Source: Nitrospirales bacterium (GTDB taxonomy: Bacteria; Nitrospirota; Nitrospiria; Nitrospirales; UBA8639). From it: a stretch of DNA of 64,000 nt. Location: NCBI GenBank assembly GCA_965203295.1, contig CBDBCZ010000011.1, positions 96,001-160,000 of the forward strand, given 5' to 3'. The translations under genes were made by a program, and so were the position numbers. Of this stretch, positions 1-12,100 are shown one piece after another (position 1 is the stretch's first letter; each line of letters starts with the position of its first letter). The notes beneath the pieces were generated by a model. The model searched no databases and was not told where the DNA came from. It was given only the letters and a program-made list of their open reading frames with translations.

Positions 1-187
1 GAGTTATGATTCACGTAGCATGCATGGCTTTCATCAAGGAAAAGAATCATTGGTCAAAATTTCGCCGCTTGAGCCAACTGGCGAAATAGCGTCTCCTGGT
101 AATTTTTTTTTCACTATACTAGATTCTGGCTAATATCCTTCCCTATCAGCATGTGCATTCATGGCTGTGTATTCTTTATTACTGCAG

Positions 188-3100
188 TGATTCTGCTGTT
201 GTTGCCAGTTACACAAAATCAAAGGAAGAGATGAGCCGAAGGTGGGCACATAAAAACTACACACGCACACTTTTTAGATTACTTACTTAAATAATAGTGC
301 TATCATTCTGAAATGGTGCTCAATATTAGCGCCAAAGTCCATGAGAGCAGAGGGAGGGGGGTGACACTACCTTGCATGTTGCAGTGTGAAAACTCTGAGA
401 ACTTTAAAGTATACACCAATGAGTCTTTGATGGATAAAATATGCAGTTGGATGTGATTGCATGATTTTATAGTGTCTCGTGTATGTTCTTGACAATACTA
501 AGCATTATTGTTAGTAATTTAATAGCTTGTATTCAAACAATGTCATTGCATTTTAAAATTGAAATTGTTTGCTTTCTATATTCCACGTATTCAGCAGTAA
601 AACTCCAGGATTTTGGGAAGAATTGTGGGAAATCCTGATAAAGAAACCATTAAAGCTTTTGTTGAGGTATGCTACTATTTGAATACAATTATATACTATT
701 TTAAGCAATCTAGCTACACCGGTAGAATGTAAAAATATATGCTGGGGTTTGTAAGAGTGGAATGTGAAATAGAGTACACTAACAAGCTGTCCCTCATGTT
801 TTGATCAACATTGACAAAGCAAATACATAAACAAAAAGTGATGGGATGTCATTAAAGTTTTTGTCCGGCGAAAAGTTTGGTCCGGAGGACCAAATTTGTA
901 GGAAAATTGGTCCGCCGGACCATTTTCTCCCCTTAAAATTTGGCGTGGAAGTGGTGACACAAAATAGTCCATAGAGTGTAGGAGCATGAAGAGATAGACT
1001 TAAATATTAAAGCACTATGGTAATACGGTCTTACAGCAACTTTAGCCGTCATTGTTTGTAGTGTGCTTTAATTTGAATTGGCTCATCCTGCATTCCACCA
1101 ATCAGAATGAGGCTTTCAGCTCTCAACTCAAGAAAGCTTACCTAGCTTTAGCTAGGTTAGCTACCGCTTGTAGGTGTTATGGGACACTCCAGCGCAGCCT
1201 GACTGGCGCTCATGAACAAGAATATACACCACCAGTACCTGGACCATTTCTCCAGAGGCGGACCATTTTCCCCGAAAAAAATTGGTCTTGGGGACTGATT
1301 TTCCATTGAAAATTTTTGTCCGAGGGATCAAAATTTTCAGGACCAAAATTCCAGTGACAGGCCATACCTCCAGCACTGTGTGTCCCATACAAAAGTCTCA
1401 TGCATGACATTTTACGGAAGAGCTTTTTCTAAATCTGTCCAAGCTTCACTATAAATAATTGTCAATTGCCTGCACAAAATAATTTACATCATCCATGAAT
1501 CTGCAATCACGATTGAATCACCATGAAATTAAGAACCACGAGAAGTATTGTTAATGCCCCTCTTGAGCTTTTCATGAAAGTCTCCACCCACAAAAATTAA
1601 ACTGCTATGATACTGTAGGTATAGCCAATCTTTATTGGTGAGCTGAGGTCAATAAATATTTTTGAAACAGCATGTAGGAATGGATCCCAAAAAGCAAGGT
1701 AGGAATATTACAACACGATATCATGGATTACCATCGAAAAGTTTGTGTAGCTTGTATTAGTCATGTGTAAGCAGCAATAAGAGTTCATGGGTGGCGGGCA
1801 GTCTGCATATGCATAATCCTCCTAAAATGACATGCAGCAGGGGATTGCTCATTTGATTAACATTAATGTTTTACATATGAAATTATATGTACAGAACTCT
1901 GCTCTAGATGTAGTCTTGACCTTTCTGAGCCATAGCTGTTACTCTCGAGTGTTTTTCAGAAACAATACTCTTAGCACTGCTAGAAAGCACCACTAAAGTG
2001 CCACATCAGCAAGTCGCTAAATGGTTTTTCTATTTTCAGCCAGGCTAGCACAATGATGGCTAAAGCTATGATTCTAACATGCATAATGTTTTTTTCTTCT
2101 CTACACTTATAGCATAGCGTTTATTTTGGTTCGGTAGTGAATGACAGGCACTCTCAAGTGGACACCTGCCCCTTACATGCCATTTTATGACTTGAATTAT
2201 GCATGTGTAGACCTGCAAACACGTTTGTCTATTTAAAGCCTAATTTCTATTATGCTGCTCTGGCCTGCTTAAAAATCGTGTAAGAAATGTTGTATGTTGT
2301 GGATTGTGGTAGCTATGTGTGTGGATAAAAAACTGTCTAAAAAGATATTGGGATGGTGATGTGCAAACGTATTGCACTGTATATGTTTGGTTTCATTTTA
2401 GGGATTCTCTTTCATGTATTTACATTTTCAAAGACATTTTATATCAACCGGGCTATAGCATCCTGTTAACTCTTAAATGAGCTCATTTCTGCAACTTTAA
2501 ACACATTCAGAGTATGGTGCTACCTTATCATGTTAGCAGTGTGTTTTACTCAAAACTTTCTAATTTTAGGAGTGGTGAAACACTGGATGAGGCTGAAAGG
2601 TTTGTTGCATGGCATACCATATAATATGCACTTTGCTGACTGTTAATGAGGTATCATAGTTTATCGAATGTCAGCCACCATGTATTGTCAGTTGTCAATT
2701 GTTGACCAAAGTTACAACAGAAATACACGTGGTATGGATAGATTTTGGAACCCGCCACATTGCCGGGAAAGCTAGCTGACTATATACAAGAAAGCTGCAG
2801 AGTTGGAAGAGAAATGCCAGCAGAGGAACCAGAAACGAAATAGGAGAAGTAAAAAATGTTGTATGTGGTGGATTTTGGTAGCTATGTGTGTGAATAGAAA
2901 ACTGTCTAAAGAGATATTGGGATGGTAAACTGTAAACATATTGCACTGTACATGTTTGGTTACATTTTATCAACCAGGCTATAGCATCCTGTTTAATTAA
3001 CCCTTAAATGAGTGCATGTCTTCAACTTTGATTGCATTCAGAGTATGATGCTACCTTAACATTTTAGCAGTGTGTTTGCCTCTAATCTTAGAAGTGATAC

Positions 3101-6100
3101 CAACAGAAAAACAAAGGATGAGGCTGAAAGGTTTGCATTTATCGAATGTCGGCTACCATCTATTGTTGGCTGTCAATTGTCGACCAAAGTTACGTCGGAA
3201 ATACACGTGGTATGGATGGATTTTGGAACCTGCCACATTGCTGGGAAAGGTAGCTAACTAAATATTTACTTCTCCAAATTAGGATGATTTTTGCCACCCA
3301 TTTTTGGAGAATTCATTTAAGTTTAATCAAGCATCCAGCTTTCTAGTGTTGCAGTTAATAATCTCTTTTTAATGTCATCTATACAGGTCTTCTTAGGGCT
3401 AGTGGTGTTGGTGCCCCACTTAGTGGATTGTAGCCTGTTGGTCTTTTTGGGTGGAGGTCCTAGATCCTCATGACTTCTCCGCCACGGCATTTGTTACGGA
3501 TTTGGGGTCCCACAAATCATCCCGACATGGCTTCATTCAATACTGGGACATCACTCCAATCTATTGTATGTCCAACCTGCCAGGCATGTCCTGCGATTGC
3601 TGACTTCTCTAGCTGTCATAAGCGGGCTGCAGCACAGTGTTCCTTCATTCTGGTCTCCAGAGTCCTTTTGGTCTCACCAATGTACACCTTCCCACAACTG
3701 CACCTCGTACCCCACTCCAGACTTCTTCTCCATCAGGATGGGGTTTTCACTTTAACAAGAGCAGATCTGAGAGTAGCGGCCGACTTGAAGCCATCCAGAT
3801 GTTGTAGTCTTTGCATACACTCCTGATCTGTTTGCTTAGCTAAGCCATGTATGGGATTGCCACTATAGTTATGTGGGGCTTATTCTCTCCGTCTGGTTGT
3901 GGTCGTCTCTCCAGGGATTTCTCTATGAATGGTCTGGGGTAGCCATTCTCCTGCAGGACTCCATCTAGATGTTCCTCTTCTGCGTGCAGGTTGTCTTTGT
4001 TCAGCGTGACAGCTCGGGCTCAGTTGAACAGACTCCTCACAAATCCCCTCTTCACATGCATCGGATGGTTGACTCGAACTGTAGGTATCAGTCTGTGTTT
4101 GGTCTTCTTTCGGAATACGGCTGTGTCAAGTGTTTATAGTCTCCGAATTAATCTGGTGTCCAGAAATGGGATTATCCCTTCATTCTCATCTTCGACTGTG
4201 AACTGGATGGTGGAACATATACCGTTGAGATGGTCAAGTGTCTCGAGATCCGCTGTCTTTTTTGTAATGTAGAAGATATCATCCACGTAATGCTTCCATA
4301 CACAAGGTGGGTTCGGTGCTGTTGCCAAGGCCAGTTCTTCAAAGTGCTCCATGCAGATATTGGCTACTCCTGGTGACACTGGAGATCCCATCGCCGCTCC
4401 TTCTGTTTGCTCTCCATGGAAGCTGAAGTATGTTGATCTGAGACACAGCTCCAGCAAATGAGTCATGTTGTTCGATGAGAGTATCGATTTTCCTCCAGGC
4501 TGGTGGCTTGAGATAGTCTGCTCTGAATCATTTACAAGAAGTCATCCAGGGGGAAATTTGTGAATAGGGATTTCACGTCAAAGCTGACCATGACTTCATT
4601 GACTCTGATGGTTTCATTCTTAACCTGTTCAATGAAGTGGTGCAAGTTCTTCACAAAAGAAGTTGTCTGTCCGTCTAGCGGCCCAATAACCTTGGTCACA
4701 TGCACGTACTTCGCCAGATGGTAGGTAGGAGATTTGATGGATGAAACAACAGGCTGTATAGAAAAATCTGGATTATGGATCTTTGATAGTTCATAGTGCC
4801 TTGGTGTTCTGCTGGCAGATGGTCCTACTCTGATCACTGTAGTCTCATCCAGCTCTCTCTTGCATTTCAGTTCCCTTACTTCGCTCATGATTCTTAACTC
4901 AATTTGGCCGATGGGGTATTTTTTTAAGCCGGGGTTTGGACCCTGCACAAACAGACAGCTTGGTTCAAATGTCCATCACTACTCTGAACCCTCCCTTGAA
5001 TGGAACATCATATTTTGCTAGAGGATCATATCCACTTTTTAGTCACCTTGCTGAGATGCTCCCAGTTTAAGTGTATCCATTTCAGGCATTTGTGACTGAA
5101 AAGAGGTGTTCATCTCCTTTTTTAATAAGTGTAGTATTTTGGCTTCTTGCATGCAGTCATGGTACTTGCTATGCACACGGAATTGACTAAACACCCTATG
5201 GGTTCTCCAGTGTATGTCCTCCAATCTGTGTCTAAAGGCTTTACCCCCACAGCTTTGCAGACATCCTTTGACAGCAAATAAGGCTTCATCACAATTAATG
5301 GCCTTAACTTGACCTGGCTCTCGTGCTTCATAGTCAGCATCCCAACTTGACAGGTTTCACTTGCTGTCGACTCTGCAGACATATCTTGGCTCTGACCCCA
5401 TTTTCCGCCAGCACAACATTTCTTAATTCTGAAGTAGCTCTTGTCTGAGCTGCAAACCATTTTCCACAGTCGAAGCAAGGTTGCTTACCATCATATGAGG
5501 TTAAGTCAAACTCTTCAGTTCATCTATTGGCCTCCTTGTAGTTTCCATGTACTGTGCTGTGGTATATGCCTTGGTAAGCGTCAGATCTGCTTTTGTTAGT
5601 TAATTGTAGGTCTCACAAGGGTCTGCAAGACCTGTTGTGAGACCAGAATTCTATTAATAGCAGGCGAATACATGACAGTATATTTTGGCCTATTTCCTAA
5701 TTAATTTAGCAAATTTCGAAGGAAATTACTCGAAAGAGAGAGAAAATGAACCTTGGTAAATACTGCGCATGCTCACTGGTCTCGCACGCTTTTGCTCCAA
5801 TTGGCGGCCTCTATTTTTGCGAGAACAGAATAAGTGACAGAAAACTTTGACAAAAAACTTTCTTTGATTGTACATGTACAGAGTACATGCCAACAAGGTA
5901 TATAGTGCATAATCATATAGGATACTTCAGCTCAAATGATGAGTGATACACATGGCATTATATAGAAACCCCACTTCAAAGTAAATGAAACTGGTATTCA
6001 TGTGTCCATTGTTGTGTCTGAATCTGCATGTTAGAGACAAAAAACCAGTGTTGTCAGGGGGGGAAATAGTTATCTGGGTGGGAATACACTGTCATGTATT

Positions 6101-9100
6101 CGCCTGCTATTAATAGAATTCTGCTCTCACATCAGGTCTTGCAGACCCTTGTGAGACCTACAATTCTATGTCATGCAGGCTCATACATGACCGTGTATGT
6201 TCAAAGCCCAAGAAGTAGATTCTCACCTGCACTTGCAGCTTGTAGGATAGCCTTTCCAAAAGCGTGTTGTACAGGCTTGTAATAGAATCTCTGGAATGTA
6301 GATTCTCTCGACCAGTCGGCTGCACACAGAATATCTTTTGTGGCTACACCACGGTTCTTGGCTGCCGATGTAGAAGCGGCTCGTGTAGAGTGTGCCTTGA
6401 AATTAGCATCCACTCCAGCCTTCGCCAGCATATTCTTGATCCATCTGGATATCGTAGCTGGCCGTACTGGCTTATAGGGTTTGTAAAAGGAGATAAACAG
6501 AGGAATCTTTTCGTCTCCATCTGAGCGGAAGCCAGCAGTTTTACGCTCATAATGCCGCAGAGTGTCTACGGGACACACTTTTTTCTCCGCAAAGGAAGAA
6601 TAGAAAGCCTGACGAGGTGGTCCTGATCTGCGGGTCTTGGTCAACCCTGGAATCTCAAAGGTCATGCCCTCGGCCGAATACCTCCTGTATTTGAGGTCCA
6701 GAGCGTGCAAATCTGATGCTCTATCAGAATTCGTGAGAGCCATAAGTGCGACTAGCTTCCAGGACAGGTCTTCAATTGAGAGCTGCTCAGATGGCTCCAT
6801 CGAACGAATATACGTCACGACCACGTCTACATCCCATACCGATTTGTACTTTGGTTTGGGAGGACGGGAATTGAATATGCCCTGCATTAGTCTGCAAACA
6901 GTTGGGTGTTTCCCAACCACGACTCCCCCAACGCTCACGTGAGACATTGAAATAGCTGATCTGTACGTGTTTACAGTACTGTATTCCTTTCCCTCTACAT
7001 GGAGGTCTGTTAGGAACTGGACAATATCTGCGAGAGAGGCAGAAAAGGGATCAACACTCCGCTGGTCACACCAGCTGACCCAACGTCTCCAAGCGGAGTC
7101 GTACGACTTTGCTGTCCCTTTCCTCCATGACTTGCAGATGATATCTGCACTCTCCTGTGATATGCCCTGGTTTGAGAGGGTATTCCGGATATGGGCCACG
7201 CGGCTAGAGCAAGGTGATGGTTCAGGATCAGGGGGTGTTGTTCCTGCTGAGGATTCGGTAGTAGGTCCGGGGAGAATGGCAGGGTCACCGGATCGTTGTT
7301 CAGCATTGACAACAAAAGGGGGTACCATACTTGGGCTGGCCAGATCGGCGCTATCAACAACAGTGACTCTGACTGCTCTCTACGCACTTTCGGGGGAAAC
7401 GCATATGGACGTTCCCTGTTCCAAGGATGGGCCAGAGCGTCCACCGCTATCGCCTGTGGGTCTGGTCTCCAGCTGTAAAACCAAGTCGTCTGAGTGTTCA
7501 AATGGGAGGCAAACAGGTCGATCGAGAATGGGCCAAACAGGTAGTTTAGCTGCGAGAAGACCTTCGGGCTCAGTCTCCAATCGCTGCAGTCCGACAGGTG
7601 TCGGGACTCGAAATCCGCCACCCTGTTCAACCTGCCTGGGAGATGCTCTGCATGAACTGTGTTCGAGGCACCATTTCCAAAGCCAGCTTGCACAAACGTA
7701 GGGAATGTGTTCCACCCATCTGGTTGATGTAGGCTATGGCAACCTGGCTGTCGAGAAACATCTGGATGTGGCAGTTTGGATGCTTCACAAACGACTGAAT
7801 GGCAAGTAGGGCTGCCTTCAGTTCCAGTCAATTGATGTGGGCTTGTGATTCCTCGAGTGTCCAAGGGCCACCTGTCGCTACACTGCTCTCCCTGCAGTGG
7901 GCACCCCAACCCTTCTTGGAGGCATCTGACTCGAGAACCAGTGATGGTTCCGGAGGGTAAATGGCTCGGCCATTGTGATCTTTCAGGGAGTTGATCCACC
8001 ACTGCAGGTCTTCCACTGCTTCCAGTGAAAGTTTCACTGGTTTGTCGTAGTCTGGAAACTTCTTCCGATCCAAAGCCTCTACCCTCAGACGTTAGAGGGC
8101 TCTGTAATGTAGTGGTGCTGGGAGGACAGCTGGCAAGACGGATGTTATGAGCCCTATTATGTGTGCTAATTGGTGACCTGTTACATCCTGACGATTTATA
8201 GTGTGCCGGCACTCCTTCTGTATCTTGTCGATTTTCTCCATTGGCAAGGATAGTGTCATCCCGGGCCATCGACTTTTGAACCTCCTTGGAAAGGCAGGTG
8301 TGGTCAGTTTCTTGTTCGTCCGGTAGTATGATTCTGGATCAAATTTCTCTGCCAAATCGTCTTCCTCATCCTCTGACTCATCGGAATCGTAATATCTGGC
8401 ACGCTTCGCCCTGTGATCCCGCTGGTCGTCACCGTTGGGGCGCTTTGATCTCGCCGAGACCTGCAAGATCGGTCTCTCTTCCAAGGGCACGGAATCCACG
8501 GCCCGGCTAGGGCCAGGGGCACTATCATTCTGTGCGGTAGGAGTGGGGTGTTGCCCTTGCTGTGGATCAACCACTGTTTGGGGGTGAGCTATAGCTTGCG
8601 CCTGGGACCACACGAAAGATGTGCCTCCGGAATGTATGGTAGCCGGTGGTTGGCTAACCCAGCTCGAAAAGGCCAGATATGGGTTAAAAAGAGTGGCCCG
8701 GGGGCCCGCGGGGCCTGGGTTTACGCCACTGCTTGTACCACCTGCAGTGTGCACACCCGGGGTTGGCCCTCTCACGAAATTTTGCAGGTGGTGCAAAATG
8801 GCGCCAGGTGCTCGGGGAGCAGCCTGGGTCTGGCCAGTTCTTACCCCTTGTTGGGGTGCAGGAGTGTTCAGGAGGCTGTCCACGGTGAAGTTTGATATTT
8901 ACAACGGGTAATAAATGACGGGTTCCGGCTATTTCGATGCCACGACAGCGACGAACTTGAACGGCAACAAGTCTACCAACGAAAGGCTTTGCTCGTTTGT
9001 ACAGTCCGTTCTAGGGTTACTGTGGCCTAACAACAAGAGAAACCACAGATTTTATAACGTTTATTGCTAGCAAACTAGTGCTAATTAGAGCGAGCCTAAA

Positions 9101-12100
9101 ACGCACCTTTCTCTCTTCGAGCAAAATTAAGGCCGCCAATTGGAGCAAAAGCGCGCGAGATCAGCGAGCATGCGCAGTATTTATCAAGGTTCATTTTCTC
9201 TCTCTTTCGAGTAATTTCCTTCGAAATTTGCTGAATTAATTAGGAAATAGGCCAAAATATGCTGTCATGTATGAGCCTGCATGACATAGAATTGTACTGG
9301 GTATAGCTTCATTTCAAAGTCCACACACTATAGCTGACCTCAAAGTCCACACACTATAGCTGACCTAGGCTCTTCTAAGTGATATCCAGAGTCACATTGT
9401 TCAGTGAGTCTCCAGAGTTAATTCAGCAAGGACCTGAGCCACTGTTTTGCTGTCCGACTGACATTTGAAGGGATTTTGAACCACTCATGAGCAGCATGAC
9501 CAAAGATTTAGGCATACATGAGGTAATTCTTCATTACATGAGTTTGATGTAGGTTTGTTCAGGTAAGGTCTAGATCTGGAGCTAGGTGGGAGGTTGCAGT
9601 TTTTATGTCTTTTGGCTTTTGGCCAATCAAAGTTAGAAGAAATATGAAACTTTTTCTCTTGCTTGCTTACGTATGCCATTATGGCCACAAAGTACTGCTC
9701 CACACATATAGTCCAGTCATCACCTCGTTGCTGCTCAACTGCTCAACCTGTCCAACCTTGGACCCCATCCCTGTTGCCAAGTGCAATCATACAGAGGACA
9801 ATGACTGGCTGATCAACAGAAGCAAACAACATCAACAATTTCAGATCTGACATGATCATTTTATCAGTTCGTAGAGTTCATACAAAGTGTACTTTTTAAG
9901 TGGTTTGTATCAACTCAATTGCTAAATGGTAATTTGATTGATAATGCTAAGCTATGAGTGTAATACTGCTCTGGCCACATGGTGGTCATACCTAAGAAAC
10001 AATTCCACCTGTTGTTGTTGAACACTTTATAGCCGGTTTAGTAACATATAGATATAGAGCCTGTGCTACTCCATTGATGTTTTAGCGCCTTGTTGCTGAT
10101 GAAAACGTTCGGGAATAACTGGTAAGGTTCATGAAGGCTAATGAATACTTCTACAGCAGAGTTTTAAATGTATAATTTTGTACACATTGCATGCAGTGAC
10201 CAATTTTTCCATGCCATCCTATACTGTACTCTACAATATACGCCCCTTTTTCAGTCAATACTTGGCGGCGTACTGTATATGTCCCCTTTTCAGCTTTATC
10301 TTTACACTTGGCATAACTTTTTCCCTTTATGCAGTGTTGAATGTGACAATGAGGTAAACCAAATATTGTGCACATATTTTGACCAACTTCAGCCTGCAAT
10401 AATCAGGGTGAGAGTTAGTATGACGGTAACAAAAATTGCTCAAAATTGTATCTCTGCTGGGTTACCTTACATAATCTTTTAAGTTAGTACTGTATAATTC
10501 TTATTGCTTTTACTGAAGTCTTGTAACCAATATCTTTGTACTGTAGTTCTTCTTCAATCAATACTACCGTGATTATGTTGTTCACGGTCTGGAAGACTTC
10601 TCCAAGCGGTTGACTAAAGAAGAGAGACAAGCCAAAGAACAACAAGGCAAAGAACTGAAAGTTGTAAGTGTTCAGTATGCAGAAATATCTGAATCCATGT
10701 GTCGATGAGTCATTAACTGTAAACATGCAATACTCTCATGCATGAATAGTTTCTTTCCCAAGCTATTATTGAGGAGGAGTGGAGAGCCTGATACACACTG
10801 TTCATGCATTTGCAAAAAACGTATGTCAATGCGCCTGTAAACAACCTTAGTCATGTGGCAAGCAGTAGTGCGGAGGCAGTATCATGGAGTGCGGCAGTAC
10901 TCCATATGTAGGGTGGCATGGGAAAAAAATGGCGGCCCCATATAACGCGTACAAAATCATACGTTCAGAACTCGGCTCTGATTACAGTGATAGACTTTTA
11001 TGAGCCATACCATGACATCAGAGTGTTTTCATCTGCAACAAGACTGTTAGTGGTGCTTCCTTGGAGTACCACACCGGCAAGTCGACACACTCGGGGGGCG
11101 GGGTGTAATCATACACTTCTTTCTGATTCTGATTCTGATTCTGATTCTGATTCTGATTCTGATTCTGATTCTTTCTTCAGGCAAGCTAGCACGATAATGG
11201 CTGAAGCGATCACAATGATTTAAGTGCGAACAGGCTGGATATTCTCTGGAGTATTGCACCCGCAGCATAGCTTTTCCAAAGAAATTTAATAGGTTCAGCA
11301 GTGATTCACGAGTACTCTCGAGTGGACGCTTGCCGTTCTACGCCATTTAATGGTACTGTTCCATTCCGTTCCGTTTCGTTCCATTCTGTTCCGACTTCGC
11401 ACATTCGTCTATTTAACGCCTACCTTTGATTGTGCCGGCTGTACTGTCCAGTCCTAAGCTGCATCTCCTGGTTCATCAGTACGTAAGTCACACAAACTTT
11501 TAGCTACAATATACACTTACTCGCATGGCTGATTATAAGGTTATGTTGGTTTTCTTTCACAAATTATTAGGCATACTGCATGCAAAGTACCACCCCCCAT
11601 GCACATGCAGGCAAAAGCCTTCCTGATGCTGACTGGAGTACAAATTGAAACCATAGATAATCGAGCACGTAACGTTATGTGCTCTATTATCTGTCGAAAC
11701 CTATACTACACGCAACATCCTCAAACACGTTCCATTCCAACACCATCCACCACACACATTTTCACCTACACATTTGTTACCACCTCCAAAAAAATGCCCC
11801 AAAACAAGTTACAGAAAAGCACTTTGCCAAAAAGTGCAAAAACAAGTCATGTAGAGATGCACTTCCACCAAAAACTCTTCCCCAAAAACCAATGAAACAA
11901 GCAACAATGCACACTGCAATGCATGTGCAGACTACCCACACATCATATCACAATGCATTTACCGTGTAGCTACCATCCCTACATCTTTCCAACCACACCC
12001 ACTACAATCCGTACCACACCCCCATACTCAACTGCACACCCAATTCAACACACACAACCATCCACAATCATCAATCACGCCACCTCGCCTCCATCCAACA

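Larger units (their letters stand above)
5602..9296 (-). mobile_element. DIRS1-type tyrosine-recombinase retrotransposon, internally deleted (gag'-'RT thumb/RNase H/methyltransferase-like + YR)
   Basis: Inverted terminal repeats ~5668-5820 and ~9121-9272. Internal complementary region 6089-6191. RNase H motif LESDASKKGWGA...HIN; MT-like IDLFAS...DPQAIAVDAL...YAFPP; intact YR ORF. AATTGTA at both boundaries (5602-5608, 9290-9296). Confidence 0.95.

Noticed and set aside
3300..3480. Hammerhead ribozyme at the Penelope 3' end
   Set aside because: Expected for this class, but I could not find an intact CUGANGA...GAAA core with supporting stems. A covariance-model search would be needed.
6201..7328. 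Prophage or bacterial integrase / horizontal transfer
   Set aside because: Flanked by DIRS ITRs, ICR and RNase H/MT domains, so it is the normal DIRS recombinase.
6967..7701. 244-aa plus-strand ORF
   Set aside because: Antisense shadow of the GC-rich overlapping DIRS pol/YR frames, with no independent motif.
10918..11268. SD-repeat and RI-repeat ORFs
   Set aside because: Translations of the (TTCTGA)n microsatellite.
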